Part shown: positions 48,628-64,000 of the stretch, piece after piece
Position numbering within the stretch: position 1 is the first letter of the stretch
How the letters are laid out: each line of letters starts with the position of its first letter
Assembly: GCF_009914755.1 (NCBI RefSeq)
Contig: NC_060938.1
Reading direction: 5' to 3' (one strand)
DNA: 64,000 nt
Source: the human T2T-CHM13v2.0 reference genome, Homo sapiens
Translations under genes and position numbers: made by a program
The notes under the pieces: model-generated
Database searches by the model: none
What the model saw: the letters and a program-made list of their open reading frames with translations, nothing else
Told to the model about the DNA's origin: nothing

Positions 48628-49624
48628 ATCTAGATGATGGTTTTGAAGAGTGCATGCATTCTATGTTCCTATAACTTGGGGTTCCCGCCCACTGCTCTTT
48701 TATCCATTGGCATATTTAAATGAATATTTGAACTGGCTCAAATAACAATAACAGTGATAGCAATTAATCATATTAATATAATCTTTACATTTTACGGAGC
48801 TCTTTCATATAAACTATTCTACATGACCCTTATACAGTTTGAGGACATTAAGGCTCAGAGAGATTACGTGATTTGTTCAAGTTCACACAGCTACTAAGCA
48901 TTTTTGGTTATGTTTGATATCAGTTTGCCAAGGGTCATTATTTTTTTAGCTCCATGTTTTCCTTTTATTAGTAAGAAGATGTGAAGGCTGGTTGGGCAGT
49001 TTATTCTTTGAAGATGTACTAGTTGGGGGTAGGATGGTGGGAACTCCTACCCAGGTTTCAAATTCTAGAGAGCTGGCTGAAGAGCAGCAGTGTGGTGCAG
49101 GTGCAGGACTGGGCTTCACAGGGAAGGCCCTTGGAAATGTGGATAGGCCTCATCTCTCTCTTGGCACCTGGCAGAGAGAATGAGTCAGTCCTCTCTTGGG
49201 AAGATGGTGGCTGCCTCCAGGCGTTCAGCTACAGGCACCTGGCTTCAAAAGGCTCATTTATAAGGGTGATGCTGACATGGTCAAGGCTAAAGGAATACAG
49301 AGTTGAGGAAGGCTCTGCAGAAAGAAGGGATGAGAGCTATTTCCTAGAGTGGTAGGGACAAGGGAAGCCTACCACTATGGGCCCAAATTCAAGACAGTGA
49401 GTGTTAAATGTGCCCACCATGTTAGGAATGAGAAGGATGACTAGAACCCTCTATATATTAATGGCTCTCAGTGGAAGTTTCTTCCCTCTGAGAAGGGGGA
49501 CAGGGAGGTGGGCAATTTCAGTGATTGTGTTTCCCCACAGCATTTAGTGGGCGTGTCCAGGGAGGATGGCAAACACACAGGATAATCCTACATGACAAAG
49601 GTTCTTTCATGTCTCTTGTGAATT

Positions 49625-49662
49625 TTGGAAGGCAGCTATGCTCACCACTATACCACCAATGC
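49625..49662 (-). pseudogene. Tailless retropseudogene of the tRNA-Gly(TCC) 5' half
   Basis: Minus strand GCATTGGTGGTATAGTGGTGAGCATAGCTGCCTTCCAA matches the first 38 nt of tRNA-Gly-TCC as I recall it (one CpG-type change); flanked by a 16-bp duplication tc(t/a)tgtgaattttgga. Confidence 0.88.
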
Positions 49663-49964
49663 TCATGTGAATTTTGGATGTTCACTGGACATTAATATGT
49701 ATGACAAACTTGACCTGAGGGATCTGAGTCTGGCTTAACACTTTTTTTACATAAAAATACAAAGCAGTTTTTTGTAGAGTTTTAATATCACCAAATTTTC
49801 CAGCAATTCAACTCTTGTAAATCAAGGTAAAACTGAACTTTGTTTTGTTCATGACCTTGCCAAGAATTGTTCACTATTTCAGAAAATGAAATCACAATGG
49901 AAACACTATTCATCGTATTTGGCTGCTCATTTGGCAGTATATATTAGTCTGCATTTGTAGCTAA

Positions 49965-50165
49965 GAAATCCACTTATAAATTATGAAATAATTATAGACT
50001 CACAAGAAGCTGCAAAAGTAGTACAGGGAGGTACCATGTACTCATAACCCAGCTTCCCCCAGTGGAAGTATCTTATATACCTATAGCTCATTATCAAAAT
50101 CAGGAAATTGATTGGTGCAGTGCAATTAACTAGACTATAGACCTCACTCAGATTTCACCAACAGA
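49965..50165 (-). mobile_element. L1MC-like fragment
   Basis: tatagactcacaagaagctgcaaaagtagtacag...cccagcttccccca...tatcaaaatcaggaaattga. Confidence 0.75.
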
Positions 50166-50469
50166 CTCCTCCTTTATGCCTTCTAGTGCCATCATACCTG
50201 ATCATTTATAGGTTAAAATACATTTTGTTAGAAATTACTTTTTTAGTGTTACACTTAAAGTCATATTGTTTTTTAAGTAAATTACACTTATTTTATTTTT
50301 CTTCATATTGTATTTAGAATCTGTAGTATTATTTTTAAATTATGCATTTACTCAGGTTATATTATTATGGATTTTATTTTAGAGTGGAAAAGGAAGCACT
50401 AAAATATCTGTTTGGAGGGTGATAATCATGATGAATCCCAAACATTTAGATGGGGTAATAGTTATTAAT

Positions 50470-50990
50470 AGATAATAATAACTGACTTGGTCTAAAGACT
50501 TACCATGTGCTAGACCCTTAACATGCATTATTCCACTCTATTTGCACAACATCCTATGAGGTGGTTATAATAATCTCTATTTTGCAGTTGAGGAAATTGA
50601 GGTTCAGGCAGGTTATGTGCTTTGCCCAAGATCCCACAGCAAGCAAATGGTAGAGCCAAGTGCCCCGAGTCTGTAACATCAATCACAAGGCTGGATGTTT
50701 GCAAAGCACTGTCATTACATCATCTAATAATGCTGCCATTGATACAGTAGTCATCACTTACACTAATTTAATTCCTACTCTGTGTCAGATAGAGGGCTCT
50801 GTGCACTACATATTTAACTTCTCAATAGCCCTATGAAGAATCAATTTTTTTTATCCTCCTCCTAAAATCAAGACCCTGAGAATAGAGAGGGTAGGTAATT
50901 TGCCCAAAGTTCCACAGCAAGAACATGGCAGAGTCAGGATTCCAACCAGGTGGTCCTGCTCCAAAGCCCAGGTACTCCAACCACACGACA
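50470..50990 (-). mobile_element. Two MIRs
   Basis: attttgcagttgaggaaattgaggttcag...ttgcccaagatcccacagc; second copy taatttgcccaaagttccacagc. Confidence 0.8.
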
Positions 50991-51849
50991 TGCTGCCCCA
51001 TTGGCTTTCAGCTGTTTCAAATTGTTTCCACCGTAATCTCATAAGGTCTGCCCTTAACCCAGGCAAGGGAGCCTCTGCCCTGGATCTCCACTGTCCCTCT
51101 TCTATAGCAGAGCTCCTCCCTGTGGCACAAGGATTCCCGGAACCAAGCCTGTGTTCTTCTGTAGACCCTATTCCACATCCTCAGAATTCCCTGTATACTT
51201 GGCCCTAAGTGGCTTCCAGAATTTATGTGGGCCTCCTTCCTGGCCCTTCCCTTGGGAGGTGGGTCAAGCTCATCCCAGGCCTGATGGGTGGCCCAGAGGC
51301 AGCTGTTTGGGAGAGGGAGCCAAAGTGTAGGGTGAGAGCTAGGTGTCCTGTTGGGAGGGATGTGGGAGAGCTGCGGGTTGAGGGCCCCTGGACACTCTCG
51401 TTCCAGGCCACACATGAGGGCAGGGCCTAGGCCTTGTCCTCCAGTTGTGTCCTGATTATCGGTGCTGTCTCCATCCTTGGATCTTACGTCCCCGGTTGAT
51501 GAGCACTTTGACTTAAACTCCTCCTGGCTGCTGCCACCCAGGCCTAGCAAAGTGCCGTGCCCTCTGTAAGTGCATCCAGCCAACATCAAGCCTCTGGCTC
51601 CTGTTGGTTTAGCTTTGAGCTTCAATCCCAGTTATTAACAGGGTGGAAGGAAAGTGGATCCCTGATTGGCCAAAGGCCCCAGTCCCAGTGGTTGGGCCAC
51701 CAGGCAGACACCAACTGAGGTCAGCCCCTCATCCCTCCCTGGGGCCCTGGCCACTGGCCCAGCAGGCAGGAGGGGAGGCCAGGGAGCAGCTTGTCAGGAT
51801 GTATGAACAATGCCGGGTGGCACCGGAGGGGCCCTCAGAAAGATGATCT

Positions 51850-52390
51850 CACAGTTCGAACTCGTTAATGAAAGAAATAAATTAAGCAAGCTCATTTTTC
51901 AGGGAATTCTTGTGTAAACTGGAAATTTTCCAGTTCGTGAGCCCTGTGCCAGGCCCTCCCATAAATCACAGCAAGTAGGCTGTCGGCTCAGCAGAGGGGG
52001 AAGAGGTGGAGGGGAGTGCGGCAAAACAGAGGGGAAGCCAGTGGCTGGCCAGGGTGGCGGGTGGGAAGCACCCACGTTCTCCTGGTGCATTCTCACTCCA
52101 GGTATCACTGGGAAGAGGAAAGGGAAATGAAAGGGCAGCAGGACCAGAGGGCTTCTGCCTGCAAACAGGCCCCTGCACGCCTGCAAACACCCCAGCCCCC
52201 ATGCTCCCAACCTGGGAGAAGCCCCCGAAACAGGTCATTTTTTAATTGAATACAATATTAATTACTGCGTGCACCATTAACGGTTTGTGGGATTTGACTA
52301 ATTAATGTAATAGTTTTTGAGTCACGCTCATTAAATATGAAAATTACGCTGGTAAAAGGTATTGGTTTCATTATCAATCTTGTATGGACA
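51850..52390. promoter_or_regulatory. Candidate conserved developmental enhancer (two AT-rich blocks)
   Basis: Dense TAAT/ATTA (TTAATTG, ATTAATTA, CTAATTAATG), CCATAAATCA (PBX-HOX, 51959), TGAGTCA (AP-1), and a 19-bp palindrome at 51917. Confidence 0.6.
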
Positions 52391-52834
52391 GGATGGGGGC
52401 AGGAACTAGAGGAGGGACAGAGCCCTGCTTGTCTCTTCAGGGCCGTAAACAGCTGTATTGGGGTTCCACTCTTAAGGGAAGCCCACAAAGGGGCTGGGAG
52501 AAGGGAAAGAAGGAGGGCTGGGGGGAGATTTGGGAGAAACTCTGTGCAGGCCGGACCCAGTGGCCACATAGAGCTCTGAAGACCACATCCCTGGGTTCCT
52601 TCCTACCCTAGACTTGTCCAAGTGGAACCCTCTCTTAGGCTGATTGATGGACTCATTCATTGATTCATTCATTGGTTGCTGCCTTCCTTTCTTCCTTCAT
52701 TCATTCATTCAGGTGTGGTGTGGCAGACGCTGCTGGCTGGCCACCTGACATAATGCCCACTCCCAGCCCCATCATTCCTAGCCTGCCACCACCTCAGAGA
52801 CTGGAAAAGGGAAACACTTCTATTTCCAACTTTC

Positions 52835-53192
52835 TTGTTTTATTCAGGCTGCTAAAACAATACTATAAACTGAGTGGCTTATAAACAACAGGGCTTATAA
52901 ACAACAGGAGTTTATTTCTCACAGTCCGAAGGCTGGAAGTCCAAGATCAAGGCACCAGTGGATTCAGTGTCTGGTGAGGGTCCGCTCGCTAGACGGCCAT
53001 GGCATCCTCACACAGTGGGAGGGGAGAGGGATCTCTCCGGGGTCTCCTACAAAGGCACTAATCCCACTCATGAGGGCTCCTCCCCCATGACCCAGTCACC
53101 TCCAAAAGGCCCCACCTCCTAATGTCATCACTTTAGGGGTGAAAATTTCAACATATGAGTTTGGAGGGGACATAAACATTTGTTCTATTACA
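52835..53192 (-). mobile_element. MLT1A-type LTR nested in an older LTR (about 52718-53510)
   Basis: ttcaggctgcta...ggctggaagtccaagatcaagg...aaggccccacctcctaat...tttcaacatatgagtttgg. Confidence 0.85.
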
Positions 53193-54244
53193 CCAACCTC
53201 TGTGGAGGCTGGGCTGGTCCCGTGACGCTGAAGCAGGCAATACGATAAGAGGGAAGTCAAATTAAAGGGACAGACACTGTGGGTAACGCGGTTTCTTTCC
53301 TTCTATTTGGAGTTTTGGCAGCTGTTTTTGAACATGAGGGAAAGGCCAAGAGACACACAGAAATGCTGGTCCTGATGCCACTGGGCCACAGAACAATCCC
53401 TAGAAGTCATCTACTCCCAGCATTCTTGTTTTGGGGAAAAATAGCATTCTATTTTTCTAAAACATTGATAATTTTTCTGTTATTTGCATCTACAAGTATT
53501 CCTGACAGATACATATGATAAAGGCGGATGCTATGAGGAACTCAAAGAAGCTTACAATCTAGTTATAAAGAACAAAAAGATGAAAAAATTTAAAAATGCC
53601 TCTCGTTCAAGGCCACAAACATCTAGTGTCAGCTGAGTGGCCTCAAAGGGTGGCCATGCAGCTGGTGAGCCTGGTGGAGCCTTATGGGTCTTTGCAGCTG
53701 GGCTCATTCTGACCAGCCAGCGCCCATGACAGCTGATTATCACATACTTAGATGATCACCCTGGATAGTGCACCCTGAGTTGTTCAAAGGAAAATTGGGT
53801 AGGATCATCCAGGAAGCCGCTATGGTTGGGCAGGGATTCAAGTTGGGCTTTGAAGGGTGGATGGGATTTCCAAAGCAGAAACGGACAAGGGGAGAAGGAG
53901 TGGGTGCCTTCCTGGGGTCAGTGAGGAAGTGGAAGTGAGCAAGGCCTGGAGATGGGAAGGGAAAAATCCATTGCAAGGAATGAAAAGTAGCCCTGATGGG
54001 TAACGAGAGGGAAGAGAGTACGGGGTCCCCGCTGTCCCCATCCTTGTCCTTGTGGGTGTCCTGCACTCTTGCCAGTAATTTATAGGAATATCAAGCTCAG
54101 TAGTTATAGCCTTGAGCTCAGGGTCTCTGTCTTTTATCTTTGCAGTCGTCCTGCTTAGTTCAGGATTTGACACATATGTAGTTGGCATGCAATAAGTGTC
54201 GATTGAATAAATAGAGATAAATTAAGGGAGTAGAAATACGATAA

Positions 54245-54665
54245 CAGTTATCATTACTGAGAGCCTGGTATGTGCCAGGCACTGTTCTAGGCACTTTACA
54301 TGTGTTATTACCTTTAATTTTACCAGGTAGATTTAGGTTCCAAGTCTAACTTTGCCCTCTTGAGCTCCATAATCTCATGCAAATTAACTGACCTCTTTGA
54401 ATATATGTTTTCTTAATAGCAAAATGGCAAGAATAATGCCTTTTCAATATATTTATTGTGGTGAATAATATCACCATTAAAAGTAATATTTATTTAGTGT
54501 GTGTTGTCAGGTACTGTGCTAAATGTTTCACGTTCATTATCTCAATTATTCCTTATATAATAAGCCTATGAGGCAGGTACTTCTATTATCTGCTTATTAG
54601 AGACAAATAGCCTGCAGCCCAGAGAGGTTAAGTAATGTGTCCCAGGCCACACAGCTAGTGACAGG
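54245..54665. mobile_element. MIR fragments
   Basis: tatgtgccaggcactgttctagg; cccagagaggttaagtaa...ggccacacagctagt. Confidence 0.75.
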
Positions 54666-54999
54666 AGAATGCTAGAAAGTTGATTCATGCAGTGGTTGCT
54701 GTGAGAAGATACAAAGAGAAGACATGGCCCCTTTCCTTAAAGTGCTTAGCATGTGTCTGGGGAGCCTCAAAGGCCATGGCTAGCAAGAAGGGCCAACATC
54801 CTGGAGTGCCACTTATACAGTTCTGCAGAGGAGGACCTTGGTAAGGGAGTAATAGACCACCCTTGAGTCAGGTAGATTTAGATCCGACATAGGCAGGGTA
54901 GAAACAGGCCTAGAGAACTTCAGTCTCTCCCCTCACCCCCTACCATTCATCAGAGATGAACTGAAAGTTCAGAGAGATAAAGTGACATTACCAAGTGAA

Positions 55000-57740
<2,741 letters not shown>

Positions 57741-57800
57741 ACCTTTTGCCTGCCACTGGGGACATCTGGGTTATGGGGCCATCTCTGACTGAGGAAGTGA

Positions 57801-58097
<297 letters not shown>

Positions 58098-59644
58098 CGC
58101 GTTCCATACTTATAGAGGGAGGCAGGGCAAGACAAAAGGAGCTTTGGGCAGCCATGCAAGGTCATACAGCTTCCCATGGCAGAGCTGGAACGGAGCACGG
58201 TCCCTGCATATGGCTGGTGGCCTCTACTCTCCTCCATGGTCCTGTTGAAACAAGCAGGTTGTCTGTGCAAACCAGGACGGCCTCATCATCCAGGAGTGTG
58301 GCTCCACTGCTCATGGCTGTTTGAACTTGGGCACTGCCTCATCGGTAAACTGGAGTTGTTCTGAAGATGAATAAGATCAGCTACATAAATGTGTTTGGTA
58401 ACAGAGCAAGTTCCTTTTACACCAAAGTCACAGCCTAAGGGTCAGAGGCAGAGGAGGGGGTTGGGAGGGAGACAGGAAACCAAGCCCTGGGGCTTCAGCC
58501 CATCCATTGCAGAATGGGCTGCCCTGCATGGTTTTCTAAGATGCCACCTCCACCCCACAGGCCAGTCCTGCAAGCTCTTTATTGGTACTGTTGACTATTC
58601 TGGTTAATTAATTGATGTTTGCTGAGTGAAGGAGAGAGACCCATTTAAACCAAAACCTCTTTCAAGCTGCTGGCCGGCCTAGAGCAGAGCAGAAAAGATT
58701 GTAGCAGGAACAAAGCTCCCTCTGAGGATAGTAAAAGTCCCCTTCACTCTGGGCTCTCTCCTCCCAAGCATCATGAAGGCAGTTGGGGACGTAGGCCTGT
58801 TAGTGACAGTGAGTGACTCCCAAGCCGAGCCCTGGAGAGGGGCCCGTGCCAGCTCCATTATGTTTATGTCCCTGGCTTGGCGGTTTCCTCTGGGCCTGCT
58901 CCACAGCGTGTGCTCACGGGGGTGGCTGTGTGTCAGTGGGGGTTGGGGGAGGTGCCTCCGTGTGGGGAATGGGAGGCCAGAGAAGGAGAAGGGTGGCGAA
59001 GGGGAGGGGCAGAAGGAAAGTGAGAGTATAAGAACTAAGCCCTGGCCGGAAGACTGTGTTTCTTTTATTTTAAAGAAAGGATAAAGGGATGTTGTGAAAG
59101 AAAAGAAGAGAGGGAGGAAGAGAAAAACAGAATAATAGAAAGAGGGACAGGGACATATGGAAGAGAGATAGGAGGGGACAGGTTAGGGGACCAGGAATTC
59201 ACAAGTGCCAGGCACCACTGGTGGTGGTGAGCCTCAGAGGTGGGGAATCACCCAGGTCTCAAAGGACGGTTCTGAATGGGGACCTCCGAGCTGAAAGACC
59301 AAGCTCTTTCACCACAGTGACAAGGTTGGGGGCTGGGGGCCATGGGGGCAGTTCAGGGGACCTGAATTTAAGCAGTCAGCTGATGGCTGAGGGCATGGGG
59401 CTCAAGTGGAAGATAGCCCGAGTGTGGGAAAAACTCATGCTCAGAGCCAAATCCTGGCTCTGTCATTTAGAAACATGATTGAAACCCTTATGGCTCGGCT
59501 TCCTGTTATGAAAAATAGGGTAATCATAGTTCCCACATCATGGCATTGTTGTGAGGGTTCCATGAGGTCACGCATATGGGGTGCTTAGAGTATCCAACGT
59601 CAGCTAAGTGCTCAGTAAGGCTTAGGTGCCATGAGATAATTCTT

Positions 59645-60497
<853 letters not shown>

Positions 60498-61040
60498 TCA
60501 TGGGAGCATGTGTGAAAGGCACCGAGTCACCTCCTAGGTCCCGTAACCTGTCCCCTGACCAGGTTGTCTGTGAGTCCAGTCAGCCAGTGATTGTCTTATT
60601 GTCCTCATCAAAGCAATGGGAACAAAGGCCTTCTAGAAACCAGTTCAGGACAAACGCCCCTGGACATCAAAGTCCCTTTGTGTCTAAGAGAGAGAAGCCC
60701 CCAGAAACCCATCAGAACCAGGGCTACCAGCAGCACACAGTCACGTGGGTGGATATTGGTATCACCCACCTGCAAGGCTTGATTCATGCTTCTGAAGGTG
60801 GCAAAATGCTCCTGGCCCACACAGAAGTCCCTCGGGGAGTGTTGAATGGCCACTTTTGGGTCGGGATGAGGCTGAAGGAGGGCCCTGGAACAACTCTCAT
60901 CCCCAAACTCCACAAGTCTCCTATGGGTCTGTGTCCAGCAGAATGTCTCATGACCCTTGGGATACAGTGTGTATGCCATGCTGGTGAAGCTCAGAGTGAG
61001 GGTGGGGCTCTCACCTCTTCATGGTCTGCTCTTTGGGCTG

Positions 61041-61623
61041 TGTGATGGTTCATTTTAGGTATCAACTTGCCTGGATTAAGGGACAGCCAGATAGCTGGCA
61101 AGACCTTATTTCTGGGTATGTCTATGAGGGTGTTTTTGGAAGAGACTGGCATTTGAATCAGTGGCCCAAGTAAGGAAGATTCACCCTCACCCAATATAGA
61201 CAAACACCATCCAATCAGCTGAGGGCTGAGATGGAACAAAAAGGCAGAGGACATGAGAATTTACTCTCTCTCTCGTCTGGAGATGGGACACCTTTCTTTG
61301 CCTGCCCTTGAACATCCCACTTCCAGATTCTCTGGCCTTTGGATTTGGGGACTTCTACCAGTGGCCCCTGGGTTCTCAGCACTTTGGCCCTGGACTGAGA
61401 GTTACCCTATTGGCATCCCTGGGTCTCTGGCCTTTGTACTTGGACTGAGCCATGCAACTGGCTTCCCTGGTTCTCCAGCTCACAGACGGCCAGTTGTGGG
61501 GCTCATCAGCCTCCATAATTTCATAAGCTAATTCAGCTTGTAAGTCTCCTCTCATCTCTCTCTCTCTCTCTCTGTGTATATGTCCTATCAGCTCTGACTC
61601 TCCGGAGGACCCTGAATATTACA
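61041..61623 (+). mobile_element. MLT2 (ERVL) solo LTR
   Basis: tgtgatggttcattttaggtatcaacttg...ctgggtatgtctatgagggtgttt...ctcagcactttggcc...gaggaccctgaatattaca. Confidence 0.88.
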
Positions 61624-63543
61624 GGCTGGATAGTACTCCTTTTGCAGGAGATGGGGTGAGGCTATTTTCTTCTTGAGAGTAGAAGCAGCTGATTCCTTCA
61701 CTGCTTCCCCAATCCCAACTTTTTGAAATAGATGAGAGGAAAAGGGCATGGAGCTAGGAGAGGCACCAAGAGGCTTTTCCCTGCTAAGACTTAGGTCTGG
61801 GGTCTGCTGAGCAGAAGCTGCCTGTGTCTGTGCTTGAAGGAAGGACACCAGATGGAAAGCAGGTAGCACTGAGATTTCCTACTGATGAGCCAGGGCCTAA
61901 GGCAGAGGGGCAAATAAAGGCAAGCACTGGGCCAGGGCAGCAGAGGGTCCTCCAGACACCAGCTCAAAGAGGGTCCTGGCTCCCCGGCAGTGGAGGTGGA
62001 GACTTTGCTGCCTCCCGACTTCCCTGTGCATTCTTTGGGTCTCTGGAACATAAGCACATTTTTTTGAAAGTGATTTTTTAGTTGACATTGAGTCAAGGAT
62101 ATTTGAAAATGAAAAATAAGCATCTGACTCTCTGGCAGGACACTTTGATTCCAGAGCTGGGTAGAGCCCCAGAACCAAGGGAAGAGGGAAAACCCCACTT
62201 TCTTTTATATTTTCTTTCTTATATGAAGAGCCACAAGCTCTTCGTATAAAAGAAAGTTCTTTAATAGAAGGGCAAAACAAACAGAACATTATCTCTGCAG
62301 AAGGCATCAAGGAGGGATCAAAACTGAGTAGGCTCAGGATGAAGGCATAGAGAAAACTTCTTCAGAGGGATAAGATTTGGGGGGTCAATGCCCAGAAGAG
62401 CCCCTGAGTTTATTTCTATTCCAGAGAGTAATCTGAGAAGTGTCAGGGTGACTACAGCCATATCCAGCATGTTCAAGAGCTTGCCTTCTCATCAAGAGAT
62501 GTTACCCAAGTCTTTGACTTATTCATTTCATCAATCACTTATTCAGTCTACAATTTCATTGTTGTGTCATGCACATAATAAATATTTCCCTTGAAATCAT
62601 ACCTTTCACTTTCTTCCAGGGCTAAGTTCTAAATTCATTGCCTCCTCCCCATTGCTGGGGGTCCGTTAATCAGCTTTATGAGGATTGTTGCTCTTCTGTA
62701 CATTGACCTGCATAGAGGAGGCCCAATGGCAGCACAGAGCTAGCTGGAGTCCATCCCCTTGTCTTGCCACGTGGATCTGGCCATTGAATTATCATTGCAC
62801 AAGAGATCTATTTCTGCCAATTTTGCTCAGTGTGCCAGAGTGTCTGCTACACTATTAGAATCTGCTCAGATGTCTAACGTTGACTGTATGTGGTTAAGAA
62901 CCGTCATTCATTTAACACATATTTTTGGTGCCTCCCACGTACTTAGCACTTCGTAACATGTGACTTTTTGTGCTGAAACTTAAGCAGCAGAGAATCCACA
63001 AGAATGCCTGTACTTCTGAGATCTACACACCAGCAGGGTCTTCAAAATAAAAATAGGACAGTGGCGCCAATGGCACCATAGACTTTGAATCTTCCTTCTA
63101 GGAAAATGGGCAGAGCAACTAGGGTAGAAAAACAAAATATCCTTATGTACAACAAAATCAGAAGGAGGAATCCCATGAACCCCCAAATATGAGTGGGTGA
63201 AGTAGCCCAGAGACCCTCAAAACCACCCAGAAGTGCTGACTGGAACCATGACAGGCTAAAACGTAAGAGGAGCAGAGAAGCTGGGAGGGGTCTCGGCAGA
63301 CCCAGAGTTGAGGTTAGGACACCCTAGGCAGTCTGGACCTGATAGCTCCTGAAACTAACCAGTGAGGGCTTCTTTCCAGGACAAACCCCGCACAGAGGAG
63401 GAACTACAAACTAAGGCTTCAGACTGCAGACTGGGAGAGTAACAGCAAAGGAGAGAAAGACCTAGAACTCTCTACTGCTCAATATGGAACCCTGCCCCAC
63501 CCCGCCCCCCACCCCCCGCCACTGGCCAGATATGGCTACCTAA

Positions 63544-63836
<293 letters not shown>

Positions 63837-63850
63837 AAATTGAATTTTAA

Positions 63851-64000
63851 GGGCAGGCAGGGTGGTTCACACCTGTAATCTCAGCACTTTGGGAGGCTGA
63901 GGTGGGTAGATCACCTGAGGTCAGGAGTTCGAGACCAGCCTAGCCAACATGGCAAAACCCTGTCTCTACTAAAAATAAAAAAATTAGCCAGGCATGGTGG
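63851..64000 (+). mobile_element. Alu running off the window end
   Basis: Alu left arm and linker. Confidence 0.92.

Noticed and set aside
51017-51625. 202-aa minus-strand ORF
   Set aside because: Non-ATG start in GC-rich unique DNA with no domain similarity that I recognise.
52876-52907. 16-bp tandem duplication ggcttataaacaacag
   Set aside because: Ordinary slippage inside an MLT1A LTR.

Overview
Primate, most likely human, non-coding genomic DNA. I cannot support any protein-coding exon; every ORF in the track is explained by Alu, LTR, simple-repeat or chance reading frames. The window holds about 50 Alu copies or fragments, a solo LTR12 (ERV9), MER51, MLT1/MST/MLT2 and LTR16-like LTRs, hAT and Tc1-mariner fossils (Charlie1, MER5, MER20, MER30, MER47, MER58), and old MIR/L1/L2/L3 fragments. 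Between these lie several repeat-free, TAAT-rich islands that resemble developmental enhancers. The most unusual region is 31.5-34.8 kb, where one CA-repeat-containing segment has been copied twice. An old ~130 bp microhomology-flanked copy interrupts an MLT2 LTR, and a recent ~600 bp copy at ~98.5% identity forms an inverted repeat around a ~780 bp spacer that could invert. At the inner junction of the right arm is a 15-bp minisatellite made of consensus 5' splice-site motifs. At 49.6 kb there is a tailless retroposed 5' half of tRNA-Gly(TCC) with a target-site duplication. Repeat subfamily names come from my recall of consensus sequences and their boundaries are approximate. The chromosomal locus is not identified.
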